Below are positions 57,688 through 64,000 of a stretch of DNA of 64,000 nt, one piece after another. Under the pieces are notes generated by a model that saw nothing but the letters and a program-made list of their open reading frames with translations, was not told the DNA's origin and did no database searches. The DNA is from an uncultured Candidatus Binatia bacterium. GTDB lineage: Bacteria; Desulfobacterota; Binatia; Bin18. The position numbers and the translations under genes were made by a program. Position 1 is the first letter of the stretch, and the number at the start of each line of letters is the position of its first letter. The DNA is taken from NCBI GenBank assembly GCA_965243855.1, contig CBDEWE010000002.1, positions 31,659 to 95,658 of the forward strand, given 5' to 3'.

Positions 57688-57858
57688 CTATTTGAACAGG
57701 CTAAGCGATTCCGGCTCACGCCGTTTTCGTTCTTTTTTCGGCTTCCGCTTCTCCCTCAACCAGCGGTACTTCTCGTCCGCGTCCATAGTGGCCGCGCTCA
57801 AGTCCACCTGACGAAACGTATCCCGCTTCGCTTCCATGCTCTCCTGCTTGAGTCTCAT
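57688..57858 (-). CDS. Small basic protein (56 aa)
   Basis: RBS GGAGG/AAGGA; lies just behind hairpin copy D. Confidence 0.55.
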   Translation of the reverse strand: MRLKQESMEAKRDTFRQVDLSAATMDADEKYRWLREKRKPKKERKRREPESLSLFK

Positions 57859-57914
57859 GTCCTTTCCTCCCTCGCCCTGTGCCACGGCCTCGCTGCCTTC
57901 TGCCCACAACAACA

Positions 57915-58860
57915 CTTTTTTCTTTTCAGGTCTCACCCGGCCCTGGTCCTGAAAAGAGAAAGGTCAGACAGTCTCCCTCTGAATGGAGCGTCCCCAGCGT
58001 TTTCATGACAAATCTCGACGGAGGAGAGTTTGGCGGGAAATAAGCTCCCAGCGGAATGAAGGCTATGCTTCTCCTTTTCCTGGGGGGGCTCGGTGTGGCC
58101 CTGTACACGGAGCGGGGACGCTGCCGCGCGTGGTCGGACCTGCGGACCTGGGCAGGCCGGACGCGGGCGGCAGGGAATGGGGGGCGGGAAGGGCTTGGTT
58201 CCTGGGGCTTCCTTCTTGGGGTAGCGCTCGGTGTGGCCCTGTACACGGAGCGGGGGGCTGCGGCTTTGCCGGGACGGCCTAGCGCTCAGTGGATGGTCTG
58301 GCTAAGCCCGGCTCCTGCCGACGAACTGGGACGGCCGAGGCCGGTTCTGGTCGGCGGCCCGTCTTCCGCATCGGACGCCGATTTTGCGACGTCGGACGCG
58401 GCCGTAAGTCCCTGTTTTCTAGTAAGGGTCTGGGTATAGGAAGAGCCGATTACGGGACGCTACGGTGCTGTATGGCGGTCGGTGGTCGCTGGCAAAGGCC
58501 AAAAACGCTCGTTTGCTCGGACCGGGCGTAGCTCCCTCACCCCACCGGCCTTCACATGGGAGCATTGGGCAGAGCGAGGCTACACGGTCTGCCCTCCTCC
58601 ACAATCCAACCTCCTCGTTTGATGTATATATGATTTGTATACATAGTCTGGAGGTGCAATCCAGAAAACCCCCGTTTTGTGAAGCAACCAAAAAAACGCC
58701 GCACTCAGTTGCCGTATACGGGCCGATCTCACCGGGCCGAAGGGTAATGGACCTGTGATTTCGGTCCGTCACCCCCGAATATTATTAGGCGCTGGTGTGT
58801 CCGGAACGCCACCGCGTGGGCTGGGCGGCCGATTCAAATCACATAGTGCGCCACACGGAA
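57915..58860. repeat. Leading-region intergenic repeat, copy D (longest)
   Basis: 10-bp stem 57921-57930/57948-57957 with 17-nt TCTCACCC loop; 30-bp direct repeats at 58088-58117 and 58226-58255; blocks shared with A, B and 29077-29250. Confidence 0.85.
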
Positions 58861-58970
58861 TAGGCCCGTTCTCATAAGAGGAAGGGCCTATATATCGAGA
58901 ACTTTTGTTGATAGAGGTCCGGGAAGCTTTGGGTTTCGTGAAAAAGAAAATTACAGAGAGAGGTGAGATT

Positions 58971-59225
58971 GTGAGCGAGCCGAAATGGCCAGTGGAGATG
59001 GAACAATACGATATGAAAGTGAAGTACCTCATAGATCATTTATCACCAGAGGGAAAAAAGAAACTTACGAAGATTGAAGAGTCTGAACCGGAAACAGTGA
59101 GGGACTACCTTGATAATCTGTCACCTGACCGTCTTGATGAATTTATTAAGGTGGTCGAAAAGACCTGGATAGAAGAGCTTAGACTTATAATGGCGGGCCT
59201 TCTTGATGAGAGGGAAGAGGAATAA
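58971..59225 (+). CDS. Small acidic hypothetical protein
   Basis: GAGAGG RBS plus GTG; AT-rich coding. Confidence 0.55.
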   Translation: MSEPKWPVEMEQYDMKVKYLIDHLSPEGKKKLTKIEESEPETVRDYLDNLSPDRLDEFIKVVEKTWIEELRLIMAGLLDEREEE

Positions 59226-59615
59226 TCCAGGCATCGAATGGCAAGGCTTGGCAAAGTTCTGCAAGGTGAGGGCCTTCGGGACTCTGTGGGGTTATTGATC
59301 TTTCGCCAGGGGAGCCGGCCTCCTCATAGCCGCTCTGCACTCTCTCAATAGCCTTTTTTATGTCAGGAAGGTTGCTGCATTCTTTTCGACCTCTTCGACA
59401 ATCCCTAATAAACTCTATGTTGCTCCGTGTAGTTGATTCAATCCATTTTCCTCTACAATTTTCATAGTTCTCTCTTCACTCATATCTTTCTCCTTATCCT
59501 GTTTTCTCTAAGATAGGTTCCTGGTAAATCCAGAACCCCTCTTCAAACAAAGCACTAAAATTATTTTCTCAATTTTGATACCTGTCCTTGCTGGCGTCTA
59601 TCCTCTCAGCGTCTG

Positions 59616-59783
59616 TCATTCACTCGTTGTTGTCTCCTCGCCCTCAGTCGGACAATGCGGACATGTATCAGGCTCATAATAAATCGTGTCGCAATGCTCA
59701 CACTGACGTTGATTGTCCGGTCTCACAGACCGTGGTGGTCTTGGCTTTGGCTCTCCTGGTATTGGTCTTAGTCTCGTACTCAT
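59616..59783 (-). CDS. 55-aa Zn-ribbon protein (not in the ORF track)
   Basis: AGGAGGAG RBS; MSTRLRPIPG...CEHC....EPDTCPHC. Confidence 0.55.
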   Translation of the reverse strand: MSTRLRPIPGEPKPRPPRSVRPDNQRQCEHCDTIYYEPDTCPHCPTEGEETTTSE

Positions 59784-59836
59784 TTCACACTCTCCTCCTT
59801 TATCTCATATAAGGTAAAGGGGATTAAAAACCCCCT

Positions 59837-60016
59837 TTAATCCCCCTCTATCTTTGAAACAATGGTTTTAAGACGTGGCTCTGGAAGGCCACTCTGTTCA
59901 ACCAGCTCGGAGTAACCTCCGTTCTTCACCTTTTGTCTTTGCTCTTCGCTCATCCCTCCCCATATATTCTCTACTAGATTCTGCTCTCGCTTACGCCTCT
60001 TTTCTTCTTGTGTCAT
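59837..60016 (-). CDS. Small charged hypothetical protein
   Basis: GGAGG RBS; MTQEEKRRKREQ.... Confidence 0.5.
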   Translation of the reverse strand: MTQEEKRRKREQNLVENIWGGMSEEQRQKVKNGGYSELVEQSGLPEPRLKTIVSKIEGD

Positions 60017-60731
60017 ACGCCTTACCTCCCACCCATACATACCACCTGCAAACGAGAAGGTTTAGTTGATCGGCACGGCTAATTCCGCCGACGGCTTTGG
60101 TTCATCCTCTAAACCCGCTCGCAAGTCACCCGCTCAAGCTGATCAGAAACCGTTAGCTGCCAGCAAGCGCACTAGGTCCCGGCCGAGCTGGCCGCAGCGC
60201 TCCTGCATCCGTGCAGGCCTCCAGGCGGAAACCTCCGTCAAACCTGGCTGAACTGCACCCCGCCCCACAAAAGTGGGTCTCTTGTAAAAGACAGCAAACA
60301 GCCTCCCTTTGCGTATCTCTCTGATGGGCGATGGGGCCGCTAATAACCGTATGCACTCCGAAATCCCCGTTTCGTGAGACAAGAGGTAGCGGCCGCGCCT
60401 CCCTTGCCTCAGCAGCTAAAAAATCCTAATAGATGGGACCGGCCGCGGCCTGGCGCGGCCCTCTCCCTGCTTGACTTTTCTGCCTCAGCAATGTCTCCAT
60501 TTCCCTGGATGCATACTATCTGCAAACACCAAACCTTAAACATCGGGTGAGGACGTGACGACATGAAGGAACAATTGGTGGGTCTGTGGTTTAAGGTACA
60601 GAGGCGCCCTCGCCCAGCTCCGTCGTCTATCTTTTTGTCGATACCAATCTGCGGTTTTAGAGCCGTCCGCTGGAAGGGTTGGCGGCTCTTAGGGCCGAGA
60701 ATGTGCGGTGGGACCGCCGCAGGAAACATGT

Positions 60732-62135
60732 ATGACAATCGGTAAATTCACAGCCGAAGATTGGGTTGAACGCCTCGCGCAGGCGCTCACCGAACTGGCC
60801 AAAACCCAGGAGCGCTACCGGGACGAATTCGCCCGCCACCGCCAGCAACGCATCCGCATGGAAAGCGACCAGCCCCGGCCCAGGTGGTGGCGGGCATTCG
60901 ATCATCCCTCTCACGACCTCTGGGACTTCTATTGGTTCACGTGTGCCGGCAAGGACCAGTACTACATCGGAGAATACAGTTCCCTCTGCGCCGCCTTGAC
61001 TGAAGTGCGACGCGTACTTGTGGAGCACCCCGCCTGGGCGGGCCTTGTCGGTCCTTCCGGCGACAGAGATGAGTTTTGGCTCCAAATCTTAGCCCACGGC
61101 AGCCCTGGGAGCTTACTGAAAGTCATCAGCGGACTCATGGCCCGCGGAATAGAGGTGCCTCAGGACGGCTTCCGAGTAGCCGCCGCCGAATTACACGGGC
61201 TGATTGATCCCGGAGGGGACCGGGAGCAGATCCCCGTGCCTAACGATCTCTCGGTGGGCTATCACATCGCCCTCTTCCATGGGCTACACGTGCGCGAGGA
61301 AGTCCAACTCACAGACAACATCACGCTCCGCCCCCTCCAGCAGCTCGCCGCGTTCGTGGACGAGGACATGTTGGAGGATATTGTACCGGAGGTCATCCGA
61401 TACGGCGATCAGCAATCCCTCGGGACACTCGTGCAGCCCTTTCGCTGGAAGCCCGAGTTTCGGAGTGATTTCGTCCCCCGCCTGAATGGCGGCAGATCGT
61501 TTTTCGAGGATGCAGAGGAGTTTGTCGAACTGCTGGCCCTGTTTCACGACGCGCCAGTCATCTGCCTGGCGCGGATCCCGGACTGCATCCATCCCACGGC
61601 CTCGTATCTCCTGGGGGACTCGCCGTATAACAAAAGTTGGAGCCCTGCTGCCCGCTCGTTCGACATGTTTGACGGCGCGATTGATCTGCGCGTAGACGCG
61701 CTCGACGAAGCCAGAAAAGCCTTCAGAGAGCGGCAAAGCGATCACTATCAGTATTGCGCGCCGATCATCGCCCGGCTCGCGGAGGCGCTGGCGCGGAGCG
61801 GCCGGTTTCAGGCCGAGGACAAGATTCTGGACGTGGCGATTGCCCTGGAACGGATGTACGAACTCGAAGGGAACGACATCAGCTTCAAGCTGAAGATGCG
61901 GGCGGCCACATTTCTCGAAACCAGCACGGCAGGCCGTGTCCAGGTGCTCCGGGATGTCAAGAAGTTCTACGACGTGCGCTCGGGCATTGTGCACAAGCGG
62001 AAGAAACCGCCGTCGGCTGAAGTGAAAGAGCAAGCGTTCACACAGGGATTCAAGGTGGCGCGCCGGTCGGTCATCAAGCTCCTGCAGGACGGGTCGCCGG
62101 CGGATTGGGACGAAATGGTGATTGCCGGGACCTAA
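60732..62135 (+). CDS. HEPN domain protein (ApeA-like C-terminus)
   Basis: [14 protein letters not shown]...FKLKMRAA...YDVRSGIVH (RxxxxH). Confidence 0.85.
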   Translation: MTIGKFTAEDWVERLAQALTELAKTQERYRDEFARHRQQRIRMESDQPRPRWWRAFDHPSHDLWDFYWFTCAGKDQYYIGEYSSLCAALTEVRRVLVEHPAWAGLVGPSGDRDEFWLQILAHGSPGSLLKVISGLMARGIEVPQDGFRVAAAELHGLIDPGGDREQIPVPNDLSVGYHIALFHGLHVREEVQLTDNITLRPLQQLAAFVDEDMLEDIVPEVIRYGDQQSLGTLVQPFRWKPEFRSDFVPRLNGGRSFFEDAEEFVELLALFHDAPVICLARIPDCIHPTASYLLGDSPYNKSWSPAARSFDMFDGAIDLRVDALDEARKAFRERQSDHYQYCAPIIARLAEALARSGRFQAEDKILDVAIALERMYELEGNDISFKLKMRAATFLETSTAGRVQVLRDVKKFYDVRSGIVHKRKKPPSAEVKEQAFTQGFKVARRSVIKLLQDGSPADWDEMVIAGT

Positions 62136-62370
62136 CCGCGCTCATTGCGACGACAAGGCTTTACGATAAACGGAACTCCAAGCCTGAGAATTCGCCGAGC
62201 TTTCGCGCGGAATATTAAGAGCCAAAGAGAAATTTTGAATTTATTGTGATACGTTACAGCCAAGACTCCGGTACTGAGCCATAGCAGACGAGCGGGCTTG
62301 AGTATGCTGGGTCTCGAAGGCGGAACCTGGTTGTTGACAAAAACTTCGGAGAAACCCTTCGGGCAAAATC

Positions 62371-63564
62371 ATGGACTTCAGCGCCGCTCCATCCTTAATA
62401 GGCTATCTGTTCCAGTGTAGATACGCCCTACTTGAAAGCTTGCGACGCCTGCGAAGAAGCGAAATATTTAGCGTTTCTATAGAGACGCTAGATGACGTTG
62501 TTTTCGAAACTGACGACAGTGCCTTTGATTTACTTCAGACAAAGCACCATATCTCACGGAAAGCTAACCTCACCGACGCTTCCCCCGACCTCTGGAAAAG
62601 TATCAGAATCTGGTGTGAGGGTTTGGCCGATGACTCCATCCCAGAAGGCTCTTTCTTCTACTTAATCACAACATCAACCTCCGCTGAAGGAAGTATCGCC
62701 CAGTATCTTGGCCCTGGTAGTACCCGAGATATTGGAAAGGCTGTTGAACGTTTAAATTCGACCGCTGGGTCCTCCGATAGTCAAACGCTTCAACCCGCCA
62801 TTTCAGCCTTTCTTCAACTTTCAGAAGCGTCTAAGCGTTCCCTCGCCGAATCAATGTTTGTATTAGACAGTGTGCCCTCAATCACAGACCTCGATGGCGA
62901 GTTGAAAGAAATGGTCTTCCCAGTCGCGGCACGCCGGCACCTAGATTCTTTCTTACAACGCTTAGAGGGCTGGTGGCTCAGGCGTGTCATTAGGCACCTG
63001 ACTTCATCAAGCTCTGACTCGATTATCAGTGAGGAAGTGGAAGCCGAAACGGAAAGGCTTCGTGAACAGTTCAAGCAAGATAGCTTGCCGATTGATGATG
63101 ACATCATGGACGCGAGCGTCGATGCATCCGGTTACCAAGACAAAGTCTTCGTGCAGCAACTACACCTAATTGAAGTTGGTAACCCCCGTATCCTTCAGGC
63201 TATCCGCAACTACTTCCGAGCATTTGAGCAACGCTCTCGATGGATACGCGAGGACCTCATACTAATTGGCGACCTCTCCCGATACGAACGTCAACTCATC
63301 GAAGAATGGGAAATCTTCTTCAACCAGATGGATGATGACCTTGGCGAAGCTGTCACAGAGGAGGCAAAAAAGAAGGCAGCACAGGCCCTCTACAAGTGGG
63401 TTGAAATAGGTTCACATCTTCCAATCCGCCGTGATGTCACGGAACCCTCTATTGCTCGTGGAAGCTATCACATGCTTGCAGACCGCCTACAGGTTGGCTG
63501 GCATCCTGAGTTTCTTGACCGACTAAAGCACCTGCTTGAACCTGTGGAGGCTGCTAACCCATGA
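62371..63564 (+). CDS. ABC-three-component/Lamassu LmuA-like nuclease effector
   Basis: A.PSLIGYLFQ.RYAL, ETLDD...LQTKHH (PD-(D/E)xK type), RGSYHMLAD...GWHP. Confidence 0.82.
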   Translation: MDFSAAPSLIGYLFQCRYALLESLRRLRRSEIFSVSIETLDDVVFETDDSAFDLLQTKHHISRKANLTDASPDLWKSIRIWCEGLADDSIPEGSFFYLITTSTSAEGSIAQYLGPGSTRDIGKAVERLNSTAGSSDSQTLQPAISAFLQLSEASKRSLAESMFVLDSVPSITDLDGELKEMVFPVAARRHLDSFLQRLEGWWLRRVIRHLTSSSSDSIISEEVEAETERLREQFKQDSLPIDDDIMDASVDASGYQDKVFVQQLHLIEVGNPRILQAIRNYFRAFEQRSRWIREDLILIGDLSRYERQLIEEWEIFFNQMDDDLGEAVTEEAKKKAAQALYKWVEIGSHLPIRRDVTEPSIARGSYHMLADRLQVGWHPEFLDRLKHLLEPVEAANP

Positions 63565-64000
63565 CTCCATGGTTACGCCGTCCTCCAGAAGAAGCGAACC
63601 TCCTTAATCCGGCTTTCTGTTGTGTCACCCTCGCAGCAGCCGTAACCGGTTACTCTCGGGTCGAAGACCCGGGGATTCCGTACCCTCTCTTCTTTCTGGT
63701 CTTACCAACGGTACTGCACAAAGCTACACGAGATAGTCTCCCCCCAAATACCCGGACGTCATTAGCAGCGTGGACCCAGGAAAATGCGGAAATAAAGATA
63801 TTGTTCGCAGACCGTGTAGCCGCGCTGAAAGAGCATACACGGCTGGCCATTCTATTTGGGCTAGACAACTCATGGTTCGATTTTCTCCCAAATGGGAGAA
63901 TCCAGAGTACGCTAAGCGATACGGATATAGACGATTTTATCAGAAAGCTTGATGGAGAAGCCAAAGACTGCGTTAGAGGGGCTCGGTTTGTGGGCAGATG
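63561..64000 (+). CDS. ABC-three-component middle component (LmuC-like), 3'-truncated by the window
   Basis: EEANLLNPAFC...PLFFLVLPTVLHK.TR..LP; ATGA overlap with the upstream gene. Confidence 0.85.
   Translation, partial: MTPWLRRPPEEANLLNPAFCCVTLAAAVTGYSRVEDPGIPYPLFFLVLPTVLHKATRDSLPPNTRTSLAAWTQENAEIKILFADRVAALKEHTRLAILFGLDNSWFDFLPNGRIQSTLSDTDIDDFIRKLDGEAKDCVRGARFVGR

Larger units (their letters stand above)
1..64000. mobile_element. Segment of a conjugative element (MOBP relaxase, MPF-T type T4SS), probably a plasmid
   Basis: virB2-B11/virD4 operon, relaxase, mobC, nic site, ardC, ssb, Rep-like fragment and a tyrosine recombinase with adjacent dif-like site. No housekeeping genes or att junctions seen. 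Confidence 0.85.

Noticed and set aside
58088-58255. 30-bp direct repeats as a possible mini-CRISPR
   Set aside because: Only two copies, about 108 bp apart, inside repeat D, with no cas genes. The pentapeptide gene repeats are likewise coding.
60620-60690. VYLFVDTNL PIN-like peptide
   Set aside because: A few codons with no supporting frame; at most a remnant.
62129-62230. HEPN stop inside ACCTAAC as a second attC
   Set aside because: No complementary GTTAGGT or L boxes downstream.
1-64000. rRNA, tRNA, intact IS transposase, reverse transcriptase or cas genes
   Set aside because: None recognised by eye or in the ORF track; a tRNAscan/Infernal run would be needed to exclude small RNAs formally.

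Overview
A GC-rich segment of a large conjugative element, more plasmid-like than ICE-like: it has a truncated Rep-like gene at the left edge and a Cre-like tyrosine recombinase beside its own dif-like site. No rRNA, tRNA or CRISPR array was seen. 3.4-15 kb is a virB2-B11/virD4 type IV secretion operon with a duplicated pilin and a putative entry-exclusion lipoprotein, ending in a three-module pentapeptide-repeat protein. 17.4-20.1 kb holds a MOBP relaxase, mobC and an RP4-like nic site (TATCCTG^C), which makes everything rightward the inferred leading region. That region carries minus-strand establishment or anti-defence-type genes (HNH, PAPS-reductase-like, DUF1643, ardC, ssb), with four gene groups headed by a conserved hairpin that has a 17-nt loop. 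Secreted cargo genes are preceded by a shared 19-bp motif (six copies). The right half also carries a divergent LodA/LodB-like (CTQ quinoprotein) pair and a defence island: a type II Bil-like Ubl-E2-JAB-E1 operon with a Cys-poor E2, a divergent XRE-ImmA-ExoI module, DUF3800 behind a short terminated leader RNA, a solitary integron cassette with attC, a TM-TIR fusion, HEPN and the start of a Lamassu-like operon. All family calls come from motif reading and recall; no searches were run.
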